Part shown: positions 49,662 through 57,790 of the stretch, piece after piece | Layout of the letters: the number at the start of each line of letters is the position of its first letter | How positions within the stretch are numbered: the stretch's first letter is position 1 | Made by a program: the position numbers and the translations under genes | Notes under the pieces: generated by a model | The model's database searches: none | The model's input: the letters and a program-made list of their open reading frames with translations, nothing else | What the model was told of the DNA's origin: nothing | Assembly: GCA_031270475.1 (NCBI GenBank) | Contig: JAISXO010000018.1 | Location: 105 to 64,104 of the forward strand | Reading direction: 5' to 3' | Source: Puniceicoccales bacterium | GTDB taxonomy: Bacteria; Verrucomicrobiota; Verrucomicrobiia; Opitutales; LL51 | Length of the DNA: 64,000 nucleotides

Positions 49662-50354
49662 CTACTTCCTCGGTCGAACATAAGGATTTTCGTTCTTTTC
49701 CTTACCGATTGTCGTTAGCCAACCATGCCCAGGAATCACCTGCGTCTCATCGGACAGCGCATATAACTTTTCCCGGATATTCTTAAACAAAGCATGCTTA
49801 TTGCCACCCGGAAAATCCGAGCGCCCAACTGTTCCACTGAAAAGCGTGTCCCCAACGAAACAAATACCAATATCCTTGAAATAATATGCCGCTCCACCCT
49901 CCGTATGGCCCGAAATCCATAGTGTCTGAACCGATAATTCACACACTTCGAAACGTGCCCCATCGTTCAAAACATGGTCAACTTTACAGGATTCAATTGG
50001 AAAATCTGCGGACAATAATGGTTCTGCACGTTCCACATGTTCGATAAAAGGGACATCGAGCGCATAGGCATACACTTCAAGCCCCCTTTCGCGAAAAATC
50101 GACGCATTGCCAATATGATCCCAATGATAATGCGTAATGAGTAGCGCTTTCAATTGAATTTTCCTTTCCATTGCGATAGAAAAAATTGCTTCCGAAGATT
50201 CGGGTGGTGCATCGATCACGATTCCTTCCCCCTGCCGCACGACGAGACCAACATTCGTCCGCAAAGGCCCTAAATGGTATACATCTACCGTAATGTCCAA
50301 TTGGTTGTAAATATTCACCCCACTAGAAGATATTAATCGTGGATTTTCGTTCAA
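49662..50354 (-). CDS. MBL-fold metallo-hydrolase (glyoxalase II/YcbL-like)
   Basis: LLITHYHWDHIGN (HxHxDH), WISGHTEGG, GRSDFPGGN and VIPGHGWLTTIGKEKNENPY. Confidence 0.8.
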   Translation of the reverse strand: MNENPRLISSSGVNIYNQLDITVDVYHLGPLRTNVGLVVRQGEGIVIDAPPESSEAIFSIAMERKIQLKALLITHYHWDHIGNASIFRERGLEVYAYALDVPFIEHVERAEPLLSADFPIESCKVDHVLNDGARFEVCELSVQTLWISGHTEGGAAYYFKDIGICFVGDTLFSGTVGRSDFPGGNKHALFKNIREKLYALSDETQVIPGHGWLTTIGKEKNENPYVRPRK

Positions 50355-50489
50355 GTTTGTTTTCGAAATATAATTTTAAAATTTCTGCGAATATTTTACC
50401 AGCAATACATTGACAACTTAATAATAACCGTTAGTATACTATGGATATTTTGGCATATTACATGTCAAATGTAAACAAAAGGAAATATT

Positions 50490-51332
50490 ATGAGTAAAAA
50501 TTATTATATTAAAAATAGATTACTAAAAAATATCGCACTCGGAATCTTTTTTCCGGGCATTTTTGTGGGAAGTACCGATGCCAGTTTCAGCCAAGCTCAG
50601 AAGCATCGTACTGCCGCAAAACCGCCAGATATGGAACTATCACTCGAGGAACGATCACTCAACGAGGAGCTATTTCAGGCCCTAAAAGAGTCAGAGCCGG
50701 ATCTTGGCAAAATAGAACAATTGCTCGCCCAAGGTGCCAATCCTGACGCACGAAATCAATACAACGATACCCCATTGTTTCATGCAAAAAATGCAGAAAT
50801 AACTGCCCTACTACTCAATGCGGGAGCTAACGCTGACGCACGAAATGACTGCAACAATACCCCATTGTTTCATGCAGAGAATGCAGCAATAACTGCCCTA
50901 CTACTCAATGCGGGAGCCGACGTAGACGCACGAAATCAATACAACGATACCCCATTGTTTCATGCAAAGAATGCAGAAATAACTGACCTACTACTTAATG
51001 CGGGAGCTGACGTAAACGCACAAAGTAACTTGGGCGATACTCCATTACATGTTGCTTTATATCATTTTCAAAAAGACCCAAAACAGATAGAAAAATTATT
51101 GCAAAGAGGCGCAAAAATAGACGTAGCAAGCCGATCTGTAGACCATCCAAAAGGCAATACGCCATTGTTTATAGTACAATGGGCCGCCCAAAAAGGCCTT
51201 CGAAGGCTTCGCACCAGTCTCTTCCCTCATACTCCTTACAAACTGACCGATGACACTCGCATAGCATACGCTAAACTTCTACCGCTATTTTTTCTCCCTC
51301 CTAATCTCTGGCAGAACTTGAATAGCAATTAA
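50490..51332 (+). CDS. Ankyrin-repeat protein with N-terminal signal-like segment
   Basis: 280 aa. IALGIFFPGIFVGSTDASFS leader, followed by repeated DARNQYNDTPLFHAKNAEITALLLNAGA units. Confidence 0.8.
   Translation: MSKNYYIKNRLLKNIALGIFFPGIFVGSTDASFSQAQKHRTAAKPPDMELSLEERSLNEELFQALKESEPDLGKIEQLLAQGANPDARNQYNDTPLFHAKNAEITALLLNAGANADARNDCNNTPLFHAENAAITALLLNAGADVDARNQYNDTPLFHAKNAEITDLLLNAGADVNAQSNLGDTPLHVALYHFQKDPKQIEKLLQRGAKIDVASRSVDHPKGNTPLFIVQWAAQKGLRRLRTSLFPHTPYKLTDDTRIAYAKLLPLFFLPPNLWQNLNSN
50745..51014 (+). repeat. Intragenic 90-bp (30-codon) tandem repeats, 3 units
   Basis: GACGCACGAAAT recurs at 50745, 50835 and 50925. Units 1 and 3 are nearly identical at the DNA level. Confidence 0.9.
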
Positions 51333-51347
51333 AACATTCTTTCATAG

Positions 51348-51370
51348 GCACTTCCTCGGAAGTGCTTTTT
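51348..51370 (+). terminator. Intrinsic terminator after the ankyrin gene
   Basis: A perfect 8-bp stem GCACTTCC / GGAAGTGC with a 2-nt loop, followed by TTTTT. Confidence 0.7.
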
Positions 51371-51458
51371 ATGGATTGAATAAATCGATGCTTAAATAAC
51401 ATTTCTTGCGCAAAATTCTGGACTTTTTTTAGTTTTTATCCACACTAATTTTCACTTT

Positions 51459-52529
51459 ATGGCAATAATTCCAGAATTCTTAAGAGATCTCATGATCGCA
51501 CGTTCACCCTCCGGTCATGAATTCGAAGCGCAAAAAGTAATCGATCGCTACATGGCAAATGCCGTCGACGAATATCGAAAAGATACGATCGGTAACCGTT
51601 TCGCAACCCTTAAAACCAATGATCAAAACCCGATGCTTATGCTCTCCGGTCATATGGATGAACTCGGCTTTTCCATCACCTACATCGATGAAAAGGGGTT
51701 CCTTTCATTCGATACGATCGGCGGCCATGATCGGAGTATTATTCCTGGACGTCGTGTCAGAATTTTATCCCAAAAGGGCGACGTATTCGGCATCACCGGT
51801 AAACGCGCGATCCATCTCCTCGATGACGATGAAGAAAATAAGGTCCCAAAAATTCACGAACTATGGATCGATATCGGTGTAAAATCTGAAGAAGAAGCGA
51901 AAAAACTCGTACGCATCGGCGATCCAGTTATTTATGAAACTCCTGAAACAGTTGCTCTTAACGATACGAGTAACATTACGGGACGAGCATTCGATGATAA
52001 AGCGGGAGCTTACGTCGTTATGGAGGTCATGCGTCGGCTTATCAGCGAGCGGCATTCTTTGAATTGCAATGTAACTTCAGTTGCCTCGGTCCAGGAAGAA
52101 GTCGGTTTGCGCGGCGCAATTAACGCATCCTATTCCTGTATGCCTACCGTTGGAATCGCAGTTGACGTCGGCCATGCAACCGATTTTCCGGACTGCAGTA
52201 ATAAACGATTTTCAAAGGTCGAGCTCGGCGGAGGCCCCATGATTACGCGAGGTGTCAATATTAATCCAATTATTTTTGATCGCATCATTGAGTGCGCCGA
52301 AAAAGAAAATATTCCCTATCAAATCGATGCAGATACGCGGCCAACGGGAACCGATGCGCGCCCCATGCAAGTTACACGCGGAGGAGTGCCAACGGGCCTC
52401 ATTTCGATCCCCTTGCGCTATATGCATACTCCCGTTGAAATGGCTAATCTCGACGATATTGAAAATGTTATTCGCCTGATCTGTGCCTTTGCGCACACGC
52501 TAAAACCGGAAGACCACTTCGAGTTCTAG
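51459..52529 (+). CDS. M42 family aminopeptidase (FrvX/CelM-like)
   Basis: ARSPSGHEFEAQKVI, MLSGHMDELGF, ITGRAFDDKAGAYVVMEV and SVQEEVGLRGA. Confidence 0.8.
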   Translation: MAIIPEFLRDLMIARSPSGHEFEAQKVIDRYMANAVDEYRKDTIGNRFATLKTNDQNPMLMLSGHMDELGFSITYIDEKGFLSFDTIGGHDRSIIPGRRVRILSQKGDVFGITGKRAIHLLDDDEENKVPKIHELWIDIGVKSEEEAKKLVRIGDPVIYETPETVALNDTSNITGRAFDDKAGAYVVMEVMRRLISERHSLNCNVTSVASVQEEVGLRGAINASYSCMPTVGIAVDVGHATDFPDCSNKRFSKVELGGGPMITRGVNINPIIFDRIIECAEKENIPYQIDADTRPTGTDARPMQVTRGGVPTGLISIPLRYMHTPVEMANLDDIENVIRLICAFAHTLKPEDHFEF

Positions 52530-52584
52530 AAAAACTTCGGCAAAATGCCAAAAAAATATTAAAAATAGCGCGCCGGAGTTCAAA

Positions 52585-52654
52585 TGCGCCGCTTGCTCCC
52601 TCCCCTATGCCATCCAGCCTTGTCATCTTTCAAAAACTTGTCAAGCTGTTTTTA
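52585..52654 (+). repeat. C-rich extragenic element, copy D (about 55 nt after the peptidase stop)
   Basis: GCGCCGCTTGCTCCCTCCCCTATGCCATCCAGCCTTGTCATCTTTCAAAAACTTGTCAAGCTGTTTTT. Confidence 0.6.
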
Positions 52655-52677
52655 AAATTATCGAACAAATCATCACC

Positions 52678-53856
52678 CTATATTTTATCAAATTCATTGA
52701 TCGTTGTAATACCGTCGCGAACATTTTCAGCAGCGACTTTTTTCAACGATACGAGACCATTTTTAACGGCAAGTGCGTGCAATGCATCCAACGGTAAACG
52801 TTTGCGAATGCTATCGCGAATATTAAGTGCCAACGGCAACCATTCGTAAATGCCAAAACGCCCCTTATATCCCTTCCCATCACACTGGGCACAACCACGA
52901 CCATGATAGACTTTTGTAATGCCATAAGGTTCAAGTTTCTCTATGTCCTCATTCGTCATGGGCATTTCTCCTTTACAATTTGAACAAATACGCCGTAAAA
53001 GACGCTGCGCTATAATTCCCTTTACCGTATCCGCAATCAGGTAGGGATCAATTTCCATGTCGACAAGCCGCGTCACTGCACTAGGCGCATCGTTGGTGTG
53101 TAGCGTTCCCAACACGAGATGTCCCGTCAATGCCGCTTGAATTGCAATTTTTGCCGTAATTGTATCGCGCAACTCACCGACGAGAATTTTATCGGGATCG
53201 TGACGTAAAAAAGCACGCAAAGCACTTTCAAATGTTAGGCCAACGTCGTCCCGAACATTAACTTGCACCATACCCTCGGTTTCGTATTCAACGGGATCCT
53301 CAACGGTCACGATTTTCGTTTCCTCATCATTAATTTCATTGAGCGCACTGTAGAGCGTCGTCGTTTTACCGCTCCCCGTTGGACCCGTCGTCAAAATAAT
53401 CCCCGAACCAGAGTTCAATGCTTGGCGAAATTCCACCAAAATTTCTGGCGAAATACCGATCTCATCCAAATTAAAATGCCACGAACCCTGATCTAAAACG
53501 CGTAATACAATGCTTTCACCGTACTGCGTGGGCAAAGTGGAAACACGGAAATCGACGGAACGTCCCAAACAAGTACGTTCGATGTGACCATCTTGTGGAA
53601 GGCGTTTTTCGGCGAGGTCGAGGGCAGCAAGTGTTTTGACGCGGGAGATAATTGCATCGCCAAGGCTACGTTCTGGAGCTGGCAATTCCACGAGTACACC
53701 ATCGATGCGTAAGCGAATGAGAACACTATTGGCAAACGTTTCGAAGTGAACATCAGACGCTCCTTTTTTGACGGCATATTCGAGCACATGGTCTACAAAA
53801 CGTATGATAGGAAACTCCGTATCTTCCGGCATAATCTTTCGCATTGAATCTAACAA
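52678..53856 (-). CDS. GspE/PilB-family secretion ATPase (short form, no N1 domain)
   Basis: 392 aa. Walker A is TTGPTGSGKTTT. Also has VEDPVEYE, ILVGELRD, LVLGTLHTNDAP and the tetra-Cys motif CSNCKG...CAQCDGKGYKGR. Confidence 0.85.
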   Translation of the reverse strand: MLDSMRKIMPEDTEFPIIRFVDHVLEYAVKKGASDVHFETFANSVLIRLRIDGVLVELPAPERSLGDAIISRVKTLAALDLAEKRLPQDGHIERTCLGRSVDFRVSTLPTQYGESIVLRVLDQGSWHFNLDEIGISPEILVEFRQALNSGSGIILTTGPTGSGKTTTLYSALNEINDEETKIVTVEDPVEYETEGMVQVNVRDDVGLTFESALRAFLRHDPDKILVGELRDTITAKIAIQAALTGHLVLGTLHTNDAPSAVTRLVDMEIDPYLIADTVKGIIAQRLLRRICSNCKGEMPMTNEDIEKLEPYGITKVYHGRGCAQCDGKGYKGRFGIYEWLPLALNIRDSIRKRLPLDALHALAVKNGLVSLKKVAAENVRDGITTINEFDKI

Positions 53857-54008
53857 AAGACAAATTTTTCACAAGAGGAAAGCGCATCATTCGAGTATTT
53901 TTTCATTGATTTAAAAAAAACTTATCAAACGCAGCAAGAAATTTCATTTTAAGCCCAATTTTATATACAAAAAAATGGCAGCCGAATTTTTCAAGCCACC
54001 ATTTTTAT

Positions 54009-56033
54009 TCAATTCCATTCAGTACTTGATTCTTGCGGATCTCCTTCAGTACTGGAATTTTTTATATCTTCGCGAATGAGACTTGTTTTCAGCATTATGT
54101 CTTCCAGTCTAACCTCATTATCATTAGGTTTTATGCTTTTGATGATATCTTCCGCTAAAAGTTTACTATCTAATATATTATTCTGTAATATCTTTACTTG
54201 TTTTTCCAATTCTTCCGTTTCTTTGTGCAGTTGCTCATAAGCTATTTGCTTCTCGGCGACGTCTTCGCTACTGTTTATTTTTGCTTCTGCAAGAGCCACT
54301 CTGGCTTCCGCCTTTTGTTTTTGCAATTCATGCAATTGGAGACGCTTTTCCTTTAATTCCGCCACTCCACTTCTCACCACTTCTTGGAGTTTAGGCAAAA
54401 CTCTTTCAAATTTGTTGCCACTGATCTCTTGTCCTTTTTTTAGTAGCTCCGGCGATACTTCCGTCACAAATTTACGAGCTGCAGAACGATTTTCTACCAT
54501 TCGATCGAATATATCTGAGGTCAATCTTACCTTTCCTGCTTCTTCCGGAAGAACAATACTATTAATGGCATCATCACTATATTCCCCTCCATGATCTCTC
54601 CGTTGTACGTCTGGAAGTTTAGTCAATTCCGCTTTCGCTTTAGTTAATTCCTCTTCAAGTTCTTTCTGTTTCTCCTTTTTAGCTACCTCCGCTGCTTTGG
54701 TCTCCGCTGTTATCGCTTTCATTTCGGGACTTGCGTCATCTTCCTCACTCCATCCACTTTGCATTTTTAATGCGTCATCTAATTCATCGCTTGCCCCCTC
54801 TTTTGGAACAAATAGTAACGGTCCTTCTCTGGCTGCTTCTGGAGTTGTATTTTCCGTTTGCGAGGTTGGTTTTTGGTCAACTTTCTTCAATTTAATTACA
54901 TGGATCGCATCGACAGTTACACCTTCACCTCCTGTTGGTGCCTCTCTACGTGGTGGTGACGGCGATTTCGGTATACTGGCCGCAGTGTCGTCAGACGTCG
55001 GCATTTTGGAAATCTTTCCCGGAGGAGGAGGCGGTGGTGGCGGTGGCGGTGGCGGTGCACCTGCTTTTACTTCTTCGGCTAGATCAGGCTGCGCAACTGG
55101 CTTCCCTAACCCCACAGATCCCGCTACAGTATCAGACGTCGATAATTTAGGCGGGGTTCCTGGCAGTGAAACTGGATTTGATGCCGTTGCTTCCGATTGT
55201 GGTTTTTCAAAGAATTTGCCCAAAAATGCAAATTCATTTTCTTGATGGTTATTTTTAATGATGTCTATCGCTGATCTATCGCTGCCAACTGACGTACTTA
55301 AAATCGCCTTTAATGCTTCCTCATCATCTTTAAAAGCATCGGCTACGCTTTTCAAAATATCAGCATTTCCCCTGGTAGCAGCTAAAGCAATCGGTGTCAA
55401 CCCTACACTCCCACGATGTAATAAGGCGTCCCTTAAAGCTTCTTTATCATCTTTAAGATTTTTTACAATAGTCTCAAAAATAGCAATGTTTTCATGGGTA
55501 GCAGCACAGACCAGCGGTGTATCGCCTGTGCTATCTTCTCCAGTTAGAACTGTTTTCAATGTTTCTTTATTACCTTGACAGCCATCAACCGCAGCATTGA
55601 AAATAGCCGTTTGGTCATTGGATGCAGACCATGTCAATAGTGTCTGACCGCCACCGAGACCTCCTATATGTTGCCCTAGAATTTCTGCTACGCCTTCCGG
55701 ATGGACATTCTTTAAGGTATTCCTTGTCATCTCGGGAGTTACGTTCCAATTCTGAACCGCTTTGGCTAACTGTTGGCTTTTCGCCTGAACCATTTCAGGA
55801 GACGCATTGCGTTCGCCACTTCCCCGGACCTGAGATCCTTCTCCCATCTGTCCTTTAATTTTTACGTGTTTCGTCCTCAAAGTATTACTAGACCCTCCGA
55901 ACAAAAACAGCCCAACTGCGCACATCCCTTGTTTAAAACCCAAACTACCAACTTCATCTTTACCTTGACGAGCTATGTCGCGACATAGATCCCATCGGCT
56001 TAAGTTAGTACAATCATTTTGTATTCCACTCAT
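54009..56033 (-). CDS. Candidate secreted effector: ankyrin-like repeats, 12-Pro tract, WH2-like motif, acidic Trp patch, coiled coil
   Basis: 674 aa with no signal peptide. ANK-like units cover residues ~130-260 (GDTPLVCAATHENIAIFETIV, GLTPIALAATRGNADILKSV). Other elements are P327-P338, VDAIHVIKLKKVDQ (375-387) and SDELDDALKMQSGWSEEDD (415-433). The C-terminal ~230 aa is Glu/Lys-rich and heptad-like. Confidence 0.6.
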   Translation of the reverse strand: MSGIQNDCTNLSRWDLCRDIARQGKDEVGSLGFKQGMCAVGLFLFGGSSNTLRTKHVKIKGQMGEGSQVRGSGERNASPEMVQAKSQQLAKAVQNWNVTPEMTRNTLKNVHPEGVAEILGQHIGGLGGGQTLLTWSASNDQTAIFNAAVDGCQGNKETLKTVLTGEDSTGDTPLVCAATHENIAIFETIVKNLKDDKEALRDALLHRGSVGLTPIALAATRGNADILKSVADAFKDDEEALKAILSTSVGSDRSAIDIIKNNHQENEFAFLGKFFEKPQSEATASNPVSLPGTPPKLSTSDTVAGSVGLGKPVAQPDLAEEVKAGAPPPPPPPPPPPPGKISKMPTSDDTAASIPKSPSPPRREAPTGGEGVTVDAIHVIKLKKVDQKPTSQTENTTPEAAREGPLLFVPKEGASDELDDALKMQSGWSEEDDASPEMKAITAETKAAEVAKKEKQKELEEELTKAKAELTKLPDVQRRDHGGEYSDDAINSIVLPEEAGKVRLTSDIFDRMVENRSAARKFVTEVSPELLKKGQEISGNKFERVLPKLQEVVRSGVAELKEKRLQLHELQKQKAEARVALAEAKINSSEDVAEKQIAYEQLHKETEELEKQVKILQNNILDSKLLAEDIIKSIKPNDNEVRLEDIMLKTSLIREDIKNSSTEGDPQESSTEWN
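55020..55055 (-). repeat. Twelve consecutive proline codons (CCN)12
   Basis: The plus strand reads GGAGGAGGAGGCGGTGGTGGCGGTGGCGGTGGCGG, in frame with the gene at 54009..56033. Confidence 0.95.
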
Positions 56034-56080
56034 ATTTCATCCTTTCTAAAAAAATTCTCAACAACGATGGGAAATATTTC

Positions 56081-56476
56081 TCAGTTTTCCGGCAATTCCA
56101 TATGACGTTTAAGAGACTGCTCTGGGACACAGGCACCGTTACCCATTGAACCTTTCGTCGCACCAGAAGGCTTACCCGCTCCAATTTTCAATCCACCAAA
56201 TAGACCACTTTTAGGTACCGGATTGGCCACCAATACATCTTCCGCTGGTGCTGTTTCCTGCAGCTCATCTGTTTTTTGATGCTCGGGAAGCGAACGCCCT
56301 TGAACGGCACTTTCTCCACCTAATGCCGATGCCGATTTTTTTAAATCGGAAGTTGCTTGAACAATTTTGCCTTTGAATGCTGTCGTATGAATTCCATCGG
56401 TATCAACTGAAAGCTCAGTATTATCAACTTTTGGATTGTATATCGGAGCAGGATTCGAATCTAAGTTTATCCCCAT
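56081..56476 (-). CDS. Hypothetical protein upstream of the ANK/poly-Pro gene
   Basis: 131-aa ORF on the same strand, 47 nt upstream of the next start. No recognisable motif. Confidence 0.35.
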   Translation of the reverse strand: MGINLDSNPAPIYNPKVDNTELSVDTDGIHTTAFKGKIVQATSDLKKSASALGGESAVQGRSLPEHQKTDELQETAPAEDVLVANPVPKSGLFGGLKIGAGKPSGATKGSMGNGACVPEQSLKRHMELPEN

Positions 56477-56553
56477 CTAAGGCAGATAGTTTATGGAGAA
56501 ACATAAAAAAGTCAAGGGAAATAAAATTTTATTTATCCAGTGATTGAATCGCT

Positions 56554-57345
56554 TTGTTTTTTTATTGTGCTGTGTTCGTTTTATTTTATTTATTTTGTTT
56601 TGTGGGGTTCCTCCTTCGAAAGTTCCACTTTGCAGATTACCAAGCCTCGGCACTACGAACGGACATATTTTCTGCAAAATATCCATGGCATCAGGATTTC
56701 AATAGTCTTGCCGAAAATGAAAATGATGCATTTTTGAACGCTCCTCACGAAAACGATTCGAATTCTATCTCAGGAAATATACCTCCGGAAGATCCTCTCA
56801 TCACGGAGATTAAAAATGGTTCTCAGGTAGCGCTGGCACAATTTATTGATAGCCACAAGCAACGTATTTTTTCAGTTGTTTACAATATTGTTCACAATCC
56901 CGACGATGCTTCGGATATCACGCAGGACGTCTTCATCAAAGCCTACCATGCAATCCATACTTTTAGGTCAAATTCTGCGATCTTTACCTGGCTTTATCGC
57001 ATCGCCGTTAATTTATCGCTCTCTTTCCTGCGCAAACACAAAAATCATAGTTTCGTCAGCATTGATCAATTGGATGAATCCGGTATTTCGCTGGAGCAAC
57101 TGCGCTTCATCCCTACCATTGAAGGTGGCGATCAAACAACTAAATTGAAAGAACTACAAAAAAAATTGAACGAAGCACTACAAATGTTGTCTAATAAACA
57201 TAGGATTGTGTTTGTTTTGTTTGAAATTGAAGGCCTTCCCCAGGAACAGATCGCTCAGATTGTAGGGTGTTCCGTTGGGACGGTGCGTTCTCGTCTGCAT
57301 TATGCAAAACAGCAGTTACAAATATATTTAAAGGAGTTTTTATAG
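56554..57345 (+). CDS. ECF-type RNA polymerase sigma-70 factor
   Basis: Region 2 is IFSVVYNIVHNPDDASDITQDVFIKAYHAIHTFRSNSAIFTWLYRIAVNLS. Region 4 is LSNKHRIVFVLFEIEGLPQEQIAQIVGCSVGTVRSRLHYAKQQL. The true start is probably downstream of 56554 (in-frame GTGs at 56572 and near 56605, no in-frame ATG), so the 5' end is uncertain. Confidence 0.8.
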   Translation: MFFYCAVFVLFYLFCFVGFLLRKFHFADYQASALRTDIFSAKYPWHQDFNSLAENENDAFLNAPHENDSNSISGNIPPEDPLITEIKNGSQVALAQFIDSHKQRIFSVVYNIVHNPDDASDITQDVFIKAYHAIHTFRSNSAIFTWLYRIAVNLSLSFLRKHKNHSFVSIDQLDESGISLEQLRFIPTIEGGDQTTKLKELQKKLNEALQMLSNKHRIVFVLFEIEGLPQEQIAQIVGCSVGTVRSRLHYAKQQLQIYLKEFL

Positions 57346-57346
57346 G

Positions 57347-57787
57347 ATGTTATCCGAAGACAAAAACAAAAAGTTATCGCAATTGTTTCAAGTGAAGAAA
57401 AGCTTGGAGCGACCCAATCAAGCATTTTGGGAGCGTTTTGATGGACAACTGCGACAAAAATTTTTAGAACAGGGAGTGAAAGTTTCGCTATGGACGAAAT
57501 GCCGCACCATGATGCAAAAATGGGATAGGTGGATTCGGTCTTTTGCCTATACAACGGCCACGTGCTGTCTCTTAGTTTTTGGCGTCATGCAATTTAGTTC
57601 ATCAAAAATAGAAGTCCGGCAGATACCTCGCGTTTCATCACCCATTGCCGATATTATCCCTTTTCCAAAAACTTGGACAGATGTTACCTTAGCCTTTGAT
57701 AGTTCTACGCAGCAGCATATCCAATATATCTGCGACAATATACACATATCGCAATTGAATTCTACAATGAAAGAACTAGTTTTCTAG
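57347..57787 (+). CDS. Putative single-pass anti-sigma factor
   Basis: Starts 1 nt after the sigma-factor stop. 146 aa with one TM (FAYTTATCCLLVFGVMQF) after a ~65-aa cytoplasmic part. Called from position and topology only. Confidence 0.4.
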   Translation: MLSEDKNKKLSQLFQVKKSLERPNQAFWERFDGQLRQKFLEQGVKVSLWTKCRTMMQKWDRWIRSFAYTTATCCLLVFGVMQFSSSKIEVRQIPRVSSPIADIIPFPKTWTDVTLAFDSSTQQHIQYICDNIHISQLNSTMKELVF

Positions 57788-57790
57788 ACT

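Noticed and set aside
8671-52654. Reading the C-rich elements as minus-strand promoters, because their reverse complement contains TTGACA
   Set aside because: No -10-like hexamer sits at a 16-19 nt spacing on the minus strand in any copy (AAGGCT or AAAGCC instead). In addition, no minus-strand gene is positioned to use them for copies A to C.
55020-55058. G-rich plus-strand run (GGAGGAGGAGGCGGTGGTGGCGG...) as a G-quadruplex or regulatory repeat
   Set aside because: It is fully explained as the antisense of twelve in-frame proline codons within a long ORF. There are no runs of three or more G as required for a canonical quadruplex.
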